A stretch of DNA of 64,000 bases from an uncultured Acidobacteriota bacterium. GTDB lineage: Bacteria; Acidobacteriota; Terriglobia; Terriglobales; Acidobacteriaceae. Under the pieces are notes generated by a model. The model was given only the letters and a program-made list of their open reading frames with translations. It did no database searches and was not told the origin of the DNA. The position numbers were made by a program, and so were the translations under genes. This document shows, in pieces, positions 1 through 22,456 of this stretch (position 1 is the stretch's first letter; every line of letters starts with the position of its first letter). The stretch is from the NCBI GenBank assembly GCA_963761915.1, contig CAVXIO010000004.1, positions 2,267-66,266 of the forward strand, read 5' to 3'.

Positions 1-85
1 CCCGGGCGATCTGGGCGAAATTGCTGACATCGCACGGCGGTTCGACAGAGTTTGAGACCGGGCGAAATAAAAACTGAGGAGACCG

Positions 86-511
86 GTGATGAAAAACATT
101 CGAAATTTCGCGTTCTTGATTTTGGTCGTGGCGGCAGTTGTCGGGGCAAACGCGCAAACCACCTTGAGCGGTAAAGTTCAATTCCCCAACGCAGTCCGCT
201 GGGGCAAGTCGGTGCTTCCCGCCGGAGAGTATGCTCTCACCATTCCGTCGGCCGAGAGGCCGGTGAGGGTGTTGATTCATTCCATGGACGGAAAGACGGC
301 GGCGATTGCGCTGGCAGAGATTATCTCTGATCCAAAACCGGGCGGCAGCTATATCGTTACTACGGGCAGCGGATCGGATCAGCTGGTGCGGTCCATGAAT
401 CTGCCGCAACTGGGTTTCTCGCTGGTCTATGCACCTCTGACGGCACGGGAGCACGAAACACTATATGCGAGCTCCTCGCACACCCTGCCGGTACAAACGG
501 CGGGAAAATAA
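86..511 (+). CDS. hypothetical exported protein (141 aa)
   Basis: GAGGAG Shine-Dalgarno at 76-81. N-terminus MMKNIRNFAFLILVVAAVVGANAQ resembles a Sec signal peptide. An intrinsic terminator follows. No family recognised. Confidence 0.6.
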   Translation: MMKNIRNFAFLILVVAAVVGANAQTTLSGKVQFPNAVRWGKSVLPAGEYALTIPSAERPVRVLIHSMDGKTAAIALAEIISDPKPGGSYIVTTGSGSDQLVRSMNLPQLGFSLVYAPLTAREHETLYASSSHTLPVQTAGK

Positions 512-536
512 TAGCTCGCTCGCGAGCCAGAAATTG

Positions 537-572
537 AGCATCCCGGTGCTGTTCCGGGGTGCTCTTTTTTTT
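537..572 (+). terminator. intrinsic terminator after the 86..511 gene
   Basis: Stem AGCATCCCGG / CCGGGGTGCT (10 bp, one G-U) with loop TGCTGTT, followed by CTTTTTTTT. Confidence 0.75.
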
Positions 573-587
573 CCTTCCAGGAGTCAG

Positions 588-1544
588 CTACCCTTTGGGA
601 TGCGCCACCGCAGTCAGTTCCTTCCCCAGCATGGCCCGCGGGAACAGCATGGCGTTGAATTCCGCGCCCACGAGGACGACCAGGGAAACCATGTACATCC
701 AGACCAGCAGGGCGATGGCGGCGCCGAGCGATCCGTAAATAATGCTGTAGTCGGCGTAATGCTTCAGATAGAAGCCGAACAGCACGGTAGACGAGAACCA
801 CATGGCGGTAGCCAGCGTGGCGCCGGGAATTACGCTGTGCCAGGGCTGGGTACGCGGAACCGCGTTGTGATAGATGAGCGCAATCACTGCGATGCTGGTC
901 AGCGTGGCTATCAGCCAGCGGATGGAGGTCCACATGAGCAGAATGTATGGGCTGAATTCACGCGCGGTGTAAAACAGAATATCGGTTTCGATTTTGCTGC
1001 CGAAGGCTACCAGCAGAGTGGAGAAGGCCATGGGAACGAGGGCGAAGATGACGAGCAGGAATGCGATCAGCCGCTCCTGAACCAGTCCCCAGATTTTCGG
1101 CAGCTCGTAACAGCGGCGGAAGCCTTCCATCCACGAGATCATTACGCCGGAGGCAGTCCACAGCGTCAGCAGGGAAGCCGTGATGAGCAGGCCTACCGGG
1201 CGTTGCGCCGCGTCCCGAAGAAAATTCATTGCCGTATTGCTTCCGGCAGGCAGGATGCGGGATAGCGCGTAAGAGATCTCCCGGATGTAGGGCGCGCCTT
1301 TGGGCCAGGTCGCGAGCACCGAGCCTACAACCAGCAGCGCCGGGAAGAAAGTAAGAATGGAGGAATAGGCAGAAGCTTTGGCGATGGAAAAGGCATCGTG
1401 CTGGAAGGAACGCCAGAAGGCCAGCCGAAGAAGGCGCAGAAAACGCAGCAGAGCTGGCCCCAGCTTACCGCCGGAGGGCGCGGGTTGCAACGAAGGAAGC
1501 GGGCCAGGTTCCTCGATCGGCATGAGTTTCGGGTTTGCGTGCAT
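588..1544 (-). CDS. YihY/BrkB-family inner membrane protein
   Basis: Multi-pass hydrophobic protein. The motif AKASAYSSILTFFPALLVV is typical of the YihY/virulence factor BrkB family. The ORF is open to 1589 (TTG), but that extension is built from a REP-like element, so I prefer the ATG at 1544 (an ATG at 1523 is also possible). Confidence 0.75.
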   Translation of the reverse strand: MHANPKLMPIEEPGPLPSLQPAPSGGKLGPALLRFLRLLRLAFWRSFQHDAFSIAKASAYSSILTFFPALLVVGSVLATWPKGAPYIREISYALSRILPAGSNTAMNFLRDAAQRPVGLLITASLLTLWTASGVMISWMEGFRRCYELPKIWGLVQERLIAFLLVIFALVPMAFSTLLVAFGSKIETDILFYTAREFSPYILLMWTSIRWLIATLTSIAVIALIYHNAVPRTQPWHSVIPGATLATAMWFSSTVLFGFYLKHYADYSIIYGSLGAAIALLVWMYMVSLVVLVGAEFNAMLFPRAMLGKELTAVAHPKG

Positions 1545-1559
1545 GAGTGATGCTGTTGC

Positions 1560-1620
1560 TGTCATCTTGAGCGGAGTGGCCGCCCGCAAAGCGGGCGGCT
1601 ACGAAGTCGAAAGATCCCTA
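1560..1620 (+). repeat. REP-like palindromic element, copy 1
   Basis: TGTCATCTTGAGCG, then a 9-bp hairpin GCCGCCCGC-AAA-GCGGGCGGC, then CGAAGTCGAAAGATCCCTA. Same termini as the inverted copy at 1698..1760. Confidence 0.7.
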
Positions 1621-1697
1621 CGTTTCGACTCTGCTCTCGTCGCGCTCGCCCGCGTGATGAGAATACCCTGCCAAAACTAAGCACAGTGACAGCTTAA

Positions 1698-1760
1698 TAG
1701 GGATCCTTCGACTTCGCGGATGCTTCGCTTCGCGAAGCACCCGCTACGCTCAGGATGACA
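1698..1760 (-). repeat. REP-like palindromic element, copy 2 (inverted)
   Basis: Reverse complement reads TGTCATCCTGAGCG, then hairpin TGCTTCGC-GAA-GCGAAGCA, then CGAAGTCGAAGGATCCCTA. Termini are conserved with copy 1 but the internal hairpin is different. Confidence 0.7.
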
Positions 1761-1793
1761 AATCAACACACGCTTCTGGATTGCAGTTTCGCC

Positions 1794-10334
<8,541 letters not shown>

Positions 10335-10422
10335 AAACGTTCCTTCAAAAGTCTTTAACGCCGCCAGTGCCGCTGTCAGCGCCACACTGGCAACTGACAC
10401 TGGCTACTGGACACTGCTTTTC

Positions 10423-14892
<4,470 letters not shown>

Positions 14893-15310
14893 GAAACTCC
14901 CAATGTCAGGCGCAGCCGTGCGCTGCGATAACCCGCGGAATGTGGGGCGCCATCGCGCCGCGCTGCTGTTAAGACGTTGTTGCGAACCTGTTTATGCCGG
15001 AAAACACGACGGGGCGCCTGCAGGGAAGAGTCTTCCCGCAGACGCCATGCAAGGCGTTTTGCCAATCTTGATTTGTTCGTTTCGCGCCAGTTTCCTTCGG
15101 CCGTTTCCGTTCCGCCTGCCCACGGAACAGTGCCCAAGCTTCCCTGCGGGTCTCGCCCGCGATTGAGTGAGGCCAGGGGAAGCGGTGTTAGTTTAGATGC
15201 TAACACCACCGCCCAAGCTTCACAACTAGAACTTGAATATTTTCTGAGACTTGCACAGGATCTGGTGCGAAACCGGGACCAAAGGGTCCTGGTGCCACCA
15301 GCTCCTTCGC

Positions 15311-15338
15311 AAAAAAACTCTCAGGATCACGCTGAGGG
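15311..15338 (-). terminator. possible attenuator/terminator just after rplL
   Basis: Minus-strand RNA CCCUCAG-CGUGAUC-CUGAGAG followed by UUUUUUU, immediately after the rplL stop. The stem is short (5-6 bp), so it is weak. An rplL-rpoB attenuator is known in E. coli. Confidence 0.4.
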
Positions 15339-15340
15339 CG

Positions 15341-15724
15341 TCACTTCACTTCGACAACGGCGCCCGCCTCAGTAAACTTCTTCTTGATGGTCTCGGCCTC
15401 ATCCTTGGAAACGCCTTCCTTGATGTTCTTGGGCGCTCCATCCACCAGTTCCTTGGCTTCTTTCAAGCCCAGGCTGGTGACTTCGCGGACGGCCTTGATC
15501 ACGTTGATCTTGTTGGCGCCGACTTCCTTGAGGAGAACGGTGAATTCCGTCTTCTCTTCCGCCGGAGCCGCTCCCGCTGCCGCGCCGCCACCGCCAGCCA
15601 TCATGACCGGGGCCGCGGCCGCCGCCGAGACGCCGAGGCGCTCTTCAAGTTTCTTCACCAGTTGCGCCGCATCGAGCAGCGACAACCCTACGATCGAATC
15701 TTCCAACTGTTGCAGGTCTGCCAT
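15341..15724 (-). CDS. rplL: 50S ribosomal protein L7/L12
   Basis: [32 protein letters not shown]..., an Ala/Gly hinge, and ...[26 protein letters not shown] Shine-Dalgarno 8 nt upstream. Confidence 0.95.
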   Translation of the reverse strand: MADLQQLEDSIVGLSLLDAAQLVKKLEERLGVSAAAAAPVMMAGGGGAAAGAAPAEEKTEFTVLLKEVGANKINVIKAVREVTSLGLKEAKELVDGAPKNIKEGVSKDEAETIKKKFTEAGAVVEVK

Positions 15725-15924
15725 GTTATTTCTCCACTCGTTTAAGTTATGAATCTCTTGGATATCTTCCGTCGGGTTTCCAGTGCGGCAGGTTCATCTC
15801 CCGGCGCCAGACAACGCCCGGATCTCAACCGCGCAACCCCTGACTTCCGATAACCAAATCTCTTCGGACGGCTCGCGCCATCCCGAATCTTGTGAAGCAC
15901 GGGCACCGTCGCCGTGAGCCTTTG

Positions 15925-16146
15925 CTACGCCTTCACGAAAGTCTTGTCCTCAAGCGCCTTGCGGATGTACCGCATCAAAGTAATTGCCTTGTGTTCCGCA
16001 AGCAGCGTGGCCGTTCCCAGATCCTCCAGGCTCACTGGGAATTTGTACTTGGTCCCATCAACCTCGACCTCATAGAACGCGTGGCCCGCCCGATAAAAGG
16101 AGAATCGCGCCACATTGTTCTTCACGATGTCCTTTATCTTCATCAC
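15925..16146 (-). CDS. hypothetical 73-aa protein inserted between rplJ and rplL
   Basis: Uninterrupted ORF (GTG at 16146 or ATG at 16143) starting 27 nt after the rplJ stop. Codon usage looks native. No family recognised and no strong Shine-Dalgarno. Confidence 0.5.
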   Translation of the reverse strand: MMKIKDIVKNNVARFSFYRAGHAFYEVEVDGTKYKFPVSLEDLGTATLLAEHKAITLMRYIRKALEDKTFVKA

Positions 16147-16173
16147 GGCCGCACTCTACGACACTTTCCACTC

Positions 16174-16707
16174 TCAAGCTTCTTTGAACTTCTTCTGCTG
16201 CACGGCCTGATCCACCACTACGGCGAGGTTCCGCCCCACCGCATTCATCACGGTAACCAGCCTCTGCGCCGGCGCATTGATCAGGAACAGCAGTTTCGAC
16301 ATCAACTCGTCCTTCGACGGCATGCTGGCCAGCGCTTCGATCTCCTTGATCGTAATCACGCGGCCTTCGACCACGCCTACTTTGAAGGTGAACTCTGGCG
16401 TGTCCTTGGCGTATTTGGTCAGCGCCTTGGCCATGGCCACAGGATCGCCCGTCGTGTAGGCGATTGAAGTCACCCCGGAGAGATTCTTCAATCCTTCCTC
16501 AATCTTTGTGCCTTTGGCCGCGCGCTCAACCAAAGTATTCTTCACGACCTGATACTTCGCGCCCGCGCCGCGCAACGCTTTGCGCAACTCGTAGTCCTGC
16601 GCCACCGTCAGCTTGCTGTAGGTGGCCACGACTGCGTTCGACACGTTCTTCAGGTCCTTACTCAGCTTCTCGACCTGCTCCTGCTTTCTCGCCTTAGTGA
16701 CCGCCAT
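16174..16707 (-). CDS. rplJ: 50S ribosomal protein L10
   Basis: MAVTKARKQEQVEKLSKDLKNVSNAVVATYSKLTVAQDYELRKALRGAGAKYQVVKNTL... is typical L10, and it sits upstream of rplL. Confidence 0.95.
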   Translation of the reverse strand: MAVTKARKQEQVEKLSKDLKNVSNAVVATYSKLTVAQDYELRKALRGAGAKYQVVKNTLVERAAKGTKIEEGLKNLSGVTSIAYTTGDPVAMAKALTKYAKDTPEFTFKVGVVEGRVITIKEIEALASMPSKDELMSKLLFLINAPAQRLVTVMNAVGRNLAVVVDQAVQQKKFKEA

Positions 16708-16802
16708 TGTCGAATCCTCTGATGAATCTTATTTCGTCACGAGCACCGCCCGTGTGGGGACGGGCGACTCGCCCGTTCCCCGGCCGCAGGCCGGCATTAC
16801 CC

Positions 16803-17510
16803 TTAAGCCTTGGCCGCAGTCTCAATCGGAGCCGTATCCAGCAAAATCCCCGGCCCCATGGTCGAACTCAACGTGCAGCCCTTGATGTACTTGCCCTTAG
16901 CGACCGACGGCTTGGCCTTGATCACGCTCGTGATCAGCACTGTCGCATTCTCGATCAGCTTGTCGGGCGAGAACGAAATCTTTCCTACCGGCACGTGCAC
17001 CAGCGCGGTTTTATCGGTGCGGAACTCCACCTTGCCGGCCTTTACTTCCTGCACCGCCTTGGCCACGTCAACGGTAACCGTTCCCGTCTTCGGGTTCGGC
17101 ATCAAACCTTTAGGACCAAGAATCTTGCCCAGCCGTCCGACGGATTTCATTACGTCAGGAGTGGCAATCAGCGCGTCGAAGTCGGTCCAGTTTTCTTTCG
17201 TGATCTTCTCAACCATTTCTTCGCCGCCCGCGTAATCGGCGCCTGCAGCTTCGGCTTCTCTGATCTTGTCCCCCGACGCGATCACCAAAACCTTTTTCGA
17301 CTTGCCGAGGCCATGCGGCAGCACAACCGTGCCCCGCACCATCTGGTCGGCGTGCTTGGGATCGACCCCCAAACGCAACGTGATCTCCACCGTCTCATCA
17401 AATTTCGCAAACTTCACCTTCTGCAGCAACGGAACAGCATCCTGCAGCACATAAGGCCGCTTCTCGACTGCCGCATGCGCCTTCGCGATATTCTTTCCTT
17501 CTTTTTTCAT
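16803..17510 (-). CDS. rplA: 50S ribosomal protein L1
   Basis: ...[34 protein letters not shown]... is typical L1. The ORF is open to 17531 (GTG), but the ATG at 17510 has AAGGAAA 5 nt upstream. Confidence 0.93.
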   Translation of the reverse strand: MKKEGKNIAKAHAAVEKRPYVLQDAVPLLQKVKFAKFDETVEITLRLGVDPKHADQMVRGTVVLPHGLGKSKKVLVIASGDKIREAEAAGADYAGGEEMVEKITKENWTDFDALIATPDVMKSVGRLGKILGPKGLMPNPKTGTVTVDVAKAVQEVKAGKVEFRTDKTALVHVPVGKISFSPDKLIENATVLITSVIKAKPSVAKGKYIKGCTLSSTMGPGILLDTAPIETAAKA

Positions 17511-17570
17511 TTTGCTTTCCTTGTCTCCCACCGCTCATCAGCGCTTCGATCAGCCGTGGCGCTTTTGACC

Positions 17571-17607
17571 ATTGAGCCATTGAGTGATTTTGCACAATCA
17601 CTCAATC
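17571..17607. repeat. palindromic repeat (ATTGAGTGATTTTGC family) in the rplK-rplA spacer
   Basis: ATTGAGCC, then an 11-bp perfect hairpin ATTGAGTGATT-TTGCAC-AATCACTCAAT (17579-17606). The same 16-mer CATTGAGTGATTTTGC recurs at 19501. Confidence 0.65.
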
Positions 17608-17613
17608 TCCCTA

Positions 17614-18045
17614 TCACCCAATGACTTCAATTCCCATAGATCGCGCCGTCCCGCGAACACTCTTGATCGCGGTTTCAACCGACGCAGCGTTCAGATCGGG
17701 CATCTTCTGCTTGGCAATCTCTTCCACCTGCTTCAACGTGACTTTGCCAACTTTGTCCTTATTAGGAGTTCCCGATCCCTTGGCGATGCCCGCCGCGCGC
17801 TTCAGCAAAATCGACGCCGGCGGCGTCTTGGTGATAAACGTGAACGACCGGTCGTTATAAACCGAAACTACGACCGGGATGATCAACCCTTCCATCTCTT
17901 TCTGATTAGTGCGGGCGTTGAACTGCTTGCAGAACTCCATGATGTTGATCTGCGCCTGGCCCAGTGCAGGACCTACCGGCGGAGCCGGTGTCGCCTTGCC
18001 CGCCGCGATCTGCAACTTAACGAAACCTGTAACTTTCTTTGCCAC
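17614..18045 (-). CDS. rplK: 50S ribosomal protein L11
   Basis: (GTG)[43 protein letters not shown]... is typical L11. The AGGAG Shine-Dalgarno overlaps the stop codon of the upstream ORF. Confidence 0.95.
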   Translation of the reverse strand: MAKKVTGFVKLQIAAGKATPAPPVGPALGQAQINIMEFCKQFNARTNQKEMEGLIIPVVVSVYNDRSFTFITKTPPASILLKRAAGIAKGSGTPNKDKVGKVTLKQVEEIAKQKMPDLNAASVETAIKSVRGTARSMGIEVIG

Positions 18046-18056
18046 TTCTTTAGCTC

Positions 18057-18440
18057 CTAGCTCTTAGCTTCTAGCCTTGCTGTAAGCGCCAATCCGATCG
18101 TCGGAACCAGCTTCTTCTGAACCGGGTCGGCTGCGAGTCCCAGCCCTTCAATCGTATGTACGCCGATCACTTCCATATCGTTGCGTTCGGCAATGACCAC
18201 CGTGTCGGGGCCTGTAAAACCGTTGCTTCCCACCCAAACCGCCGCTGTGTCGCGTTCGATGATCGAGCCATCGATGGCGCGAAATCCCATTCTCCGCAAC
18301 ACCTGTGCTCCCAAGCGCTCGATGCGCTCGCGATGAATCCAGGAAAATGCGGCACCGGTGTCAACCAACGCCTCAATCTCTTCCGTTCTCTCCGGAGAGC
18401 TCGGATTCCACACTCGCAACTTCGCGCTGAAACTGCCCAT
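18057..18440 (-). CDS. retropepsin-like (clan AA) aspartic protease, 127 aa
   Basis: Active-site signature [12 protein letters not shown] (D-T-G-A). The size and the C-terminal ...[16 protein letters not shown]... fit the small bacterial single-domain aspartyl proteases. The ATG is 2 nt after the nusG stop, and the stop is 11 nt before the rplK GTG. Confidence 0.7.
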   Translation of the reverse strand: MGSFSAKLRVWNPSSPERTEEIEALVDTGAAFSWIHRERIERLGAQVLRRMGFRAIDGSIIERDTAAVWVGSNGFTGPDTVVIAERNDMEVIGVHTIEGLGLAADPVQKKLVPTIGLALTARLEAKS

Positions 18441-18442
18441 AG

Positions 18443-19075
18443 CTACGCTACTTTTTCAACCTGGTTGAACTCCAACTCCACCGGAGTCGAGCGGCCGAAA
18501 ATCGTGACCATCACCTTCAGTGTCTCGCGATCCTCGTTCACTTCGTCCACAATTCCCTGGAAGGTAGCGAATGGCCCTTCGGAAATCCGCACAGTCTCGT
18601 TCTTCTCGAACTTCACCTTCAACTTGGGCTTCTCGCGGCTGTCCGCGACTTTGTAAACAATGTGCTGAACTTCTTCATCGGAGAGCGGCGTCGGCTGCTG
18701 CCCGGTGCCCACGAATCCGGTCACGCGCGGAGTGGATTTCACCACGTGCCAGACGTGATCGTCCATATCCATTTCCACCAGCACATAGCCGGGATAAAAC
18801 ATGCGCTCGGACGTGTACTTCTTGCCGCCGCGCACCTCGGTGACTGACTCGGTCGGGATCAGCACCTTGCCGATCTTTTCCTGCAGCCCGAAGGCCTGCA
18901 CGCGCGACTCCAGCGACTCCTTCACCTTGCGCTCGAACCCGGAATAAGAGTGGATGATGTACCACTTCATATTCGGATTGCGAGGCGGTTCGCTCGTGGT
19001 GGCCACGCCATCCGCGCCGGAGGGTTGCTCCCCGCTTGCGGCAGCTTCGTTCTTTTCTTCGTCTTGCATGATCAA
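18443..19075 (-). CDS. nusG: transcription termination/antitermination factor NusG
   Basis: [19 protein letters not shown] (NGN domain) and a C-terminal KOW ([19 protein letters not shown]). It has a roughly 35-aa acidic N-terminal extension. Confidence 0.93.
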   Translation of the reverse strand: MIMQDEEKNEAAASGEQPSGADGVATTSEPPRNPNMKWYIIHSYSGFERKVKESLESRVQAFGLQEKIGKVLIPTESVTEVRGGKKYTSERMFYPGYVLVEMDMDDHVWHVVKSTPRVTGFVGTGQQPTPLSDEEVQHIVYKVADSREKPKLKVKFEKNETVRISEGPFATFQGIVDEVNEDRETLKVMVTIFGRSTPVELEFNQVEKVA

Positions 19076-19103
19076 AATTTAAACTCCAAGCCCGCGCGTT
19101 GTC

Positions 19104-19355
19104 TTAGTGGCCGAAATAGCTGTACAAAAACGAAACGCCCTTCTGAATCACGTTATCGATTATGAAAAAGTAAACGCCAAAAATGAATACCGTAATCACC
19201 ACGACTGCGGTTGTGGCCTGCACTTCTTTCCACGAAGGAGCCGTGACCTTGCGCATCTCTGTGCGCACGTCGTTGTAAAACGATTTGGTCCGTTCCGGCC
19301 AGGCCTTCAGCTTGTCTCCGAAATTATCTCTGGCGGCCGTGATCGAGTTTGCCAT
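19104..19355 (-). CDS. secE: preprotein translocase subunit SecE
   Basis: C-terminal EMRKVTAPSWKEVQATTAVVVITVFIFGVYFFIIDNVI is the SecE TM segment, and the gene lies upstream of nusG. The ORF is open to 19415, but that abuts tRNA-Trp. The ATG at 19355 has a GGAG upstream (the ATG at 19376 is an alternative). Confidence 0.85.
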   Translation of the reverse strand: MANSITAARDNFGDKLKAWPERTKSFYNDVRTEMRKVTAPSWKEVQATTAVVVITVFIFGVYFFIIDNVIQKGVSFLYSYFGH

Positions 19356-19419
19356 CTTCTTCGTCTCCACTCCCATACTGTTCTTGTCCTCGGCCCGTTC
19401 CCGGCGTCCTTCCAAAATC

Positions 19420-19495
19420 TGGCAGGGGCGGAGGGATTCGAACCCCCAAGTCCGGTTTTGGAGACCGGCAGTTTAACCGTTGAGCTTACGCCCCT
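19420..19495 (-). tRNA. tRNA-Trp (anticodon CCA)
   Basis: Manual cloverleaf: acceptor AGGGGCG/CGCCCCT, anticodon loop CUCCAAA, T-loop GGTTCGAATCC, encoded 3' CCA. Confidence 0.9.
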
Positions 19496-19498
19496 GAA

Positions 19499-19596
19499 TG
19501 CATTGAGTGATTTTGCGATCGTGCCATCGAGTGATTGAAAAACCTCTCGTGCGGGCTTTTCAATCGCAAAATCACCCGATCGCTCAATTGCTCAAT
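19499..19596. repeat. composite palindromic repeat (ATTGAGTGATTTTGC family) between rpmG and tRNA-Trp
   Basis: CATTGAGTGATTTTGCGATCG ... GATTGAAAA-15 nt-TTTTCAATC ... GCAAAATCACCCGATCGCTCAATTGCTCAAT. The arms are imperfect reverse complements and share the core seen at 17571-17607. Confidence 0.6.
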
Positions 19597-19748
19597 TATT
19601 TCACTTCCTTATGCGGCGTATGCTTGCGGCAACGGCTGCAGAATTTCTTAAACTCCAGCCGTTCCGTCGTAGTCTTGCGGTTCTTGGTCGTCGAATAATT
19701 CCGCTCTTTGCAATCACCGCACTGTAACGTAACAATCTCTCGGGGCAT
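19596..19748 (-). CDS. rpmG: 50S ribosomal protein L33 (50 aa; below the ORF-track cut-off)
   Basis: Manual translation: [50 protein letters not shown]. It has a CxxC...CxxC zinc ribbon, an AGGAG Shine-Dalgarno, and the canonical position between tuf and secE. Confidence 0.9.
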   Translation of the reverse strand: MPREIVTLQCGDCKERNYSTTKNRKTTTERLEFKKFCSRCRKHTPHKEVK

Positions 19749-19768
19749 CGCTCACTCCTGTTCAATTT

Positions 19769-19837
19769 CAGAAGTAAGAATTCAGAATGCAGAAGTCGTC
19801 GGTCGTCTTGCTCTTCACTTCTGCACTCTTACTTCTG
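19769..19837 (-). other. 69-nt nested hairpin in the tuf-rpmG spacer
   Basis: Outer stem CAGAAGTAAGA/TCTTACTTCTG (11 bp) and inner stem TGCAGAAGT/ACTTCTGCA (9 bp). Confidence 0.6.
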
Positions 19838-19852
19838 GCTTCTAAACTTCCC

Positions 19853-21040
<1,188 letters not shown>

Positions 21041-21131
21041 AAATCAGCTCTTAGCTCCTAAGCTTTTATCTTCTAGCTCAAAACTTGTAGCGCCGGCCTC
21101 TGGCCGCCCCGCGCAGGCGTCCCGCCCGCGC

Positions 21132-21473
21132 TCAGTAATACTGATACAACTTCTTAAACTTGTGCCGCAGCGCGACGTCGACCGTTTCCAGCTTCGACAA
21201 ATAAAACTCGCGCATCTGCGCCTGATCGGAAAGCGGCAGCGCCTGGTACAACTGCCACGCGCTCAAGTCTGAACTCGCCGCTGATCCTACCGCACCTTCC
21301 AGCGCGCGCGCCGAAAGCACCGCGTCAAACTCCCGAATGCGAATCCCTTTGCGGTCCAGCTGCTTCAGGAATCGCTCCACATTCTCCGGCAAGAACGCCT
21401 GTTCCACCGCGGCTTGCAACTTCGAAAACTCCTGCTGCTTCTCGATTTTGATCGCAGCCTGTTCGAAAGCCAT
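21132..21473 (-). CDS. hypothetical protein (113 aa) between tRNA-Gly and tuf
   Basis: Clean ORF with an ATG 24 nt after the tRNA-Gly 3' end. No recognisable motif. Confidence 0.5.
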   Translation of the reverse strand: MAFEQAAIKIEKQQEFSKLQAAVEQAFLPENVERFLKQLDRKGIRIREFDAVLSARALEGAVGSAASSDLSAWQLYQALPLSDQAQMREFYLSKLETVDVALRHKFKKLYQYY

Positions 21474-21496
21474 CCATCACACCTGAACCAGAATTC

Positions 21497-21571
21497 TGGA
21501 GCGGGAGACGGGAATCGAACCCGCGACCAACAGCTTGGAAGGCTGTGACTCTACCACTGAGTTACTCCCGC
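21497..21571 (-). tRNA. tRNA-Gly (anticodon TCC)
   Basis: GCGGGAG acceptor, anticodon arm ACAGC-CTTCCAA-GCTGT, T-loop GGTTCGATTCC, encoded CCA. Confidence 0.9.
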
Positions 21572-21675
21572 CCTCGCCTCAGCGGCTAAAGCCGCTCTCG
21601 TTGCGACTCCCGGAGGCACGACTGAAGTCGCGCCCTTCCCAAAGCTCTTCAAATCTTCCGCACCTTCCAAATCCC

Positions 21676-21751
<76 letters not shown>

Positions 21752-21798
21752 CCGAACCAGCCATGAGCTTTCAGCCTTCAGCTCTCAGCCAGGAAAAC

Positions 21799-21978
21799 CT
21801 ACTGTGATTCGCCGTCGCCATTCGGGTGCATCACATCTTTACGGCGCACCCAGGTCTTTACCGCGAACATAGCCAGAATCAGCAGCGTCACCGACCGAAT
21901 CCGCTGATCGCTCAACGTGGCAAACGCCAGCGCACCCAAAACCAGGTACGCAATCAACGCCATGGTCACGCGACTCAT
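21799..21978 (-). CDS. possible small membrane protein (59 aa) embedded in the tRNA cluster
   Basis: MSRVTMALIAYLVLGALAFATLSDQRIRSVTLLILAMFAVKTWVRRKD... has two hydrophobic helices. The longer track ORF (to 22179) overlaps tRNA-Tyr, so I trimmed it to this ATG. The Shine-Dalgarno is weak. Confidence 0.35.
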   Translation of the reverse strand: MSRVTMALIAYLVLGALAFATLSDQRIRSVTLLILAMFAVKTWVRRKDVMHPNGDGESQ

Positions 21979-22012
21979 AATTCCCGCACCCAAACTTGGT
22001 GCAACATATAAC

Positions 22013-22101
22013 TGGTGCACAGGGAAGGATTCGAACCTTCGTACCTCGCTAGGAGGGACAGATTTACAGTCTGTTGGCTTTAACCACTCACCCACCTGTG
22101 C
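22013..22101 (-). tRNA. tRNA-Tyr (anticodon GTA), long variable arm
   Basis: Acceptor GCACAGG/CCTGTGC, anticodon arm ACAGA-CTGTAAA-TCTGT, variable stem CCTC/GAGG, T-loop GGTTCGAATCC, encoded CCA. Confidence 0.85.
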
Positions 22102-22380
22102 AGAAATCGCCGGGCGATGCAGCCATTGCCCTTTATCATCCAACCGCCTCGCGAATCCCGGACCGCGGCAACACACCACTACTTCGGTCCACCAAACACG
22201 AGTTTCGCAAATCAGGGAAACCAGGAATCGCGCCTACGAATTTACCGCGCGAAGATCACGTACGCCGGATCAGTTCCGAATATAGTTCCGAGTGAAGTGC
22301 GTTGGAAAAACTGTTGCTCCACCTAAGAGTTCCGCAGCCTGCCGGAAGTCGCTCTAATTCATCGCCTGCGTTTCATATGC

Positions 22381-22456
22381 TGGAGCTGGCGAAGGGATTT
22401 GAACCCCCGACCCCCTGATTACAAATCAGGTGCTCTACCGACTGAGCTACGCCAGC
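22381..22456 (-). tRNA. tRNA-Thr (anticodon TGT)
   Basis: GCTGGCG acceptor, anticodon arm CCTGA-TTTGTAA-TCAGG, T-loop GGTTCAAATCC, encoded CCA. Confidence 0.9.

Noticed and set aside
1-55. Possible 3' end of an upstream plus-strand CDS (...PGDLGEIADIARRFDRV-stop)
   Set aside because: Only 17 codons are visible, which is too short to support.
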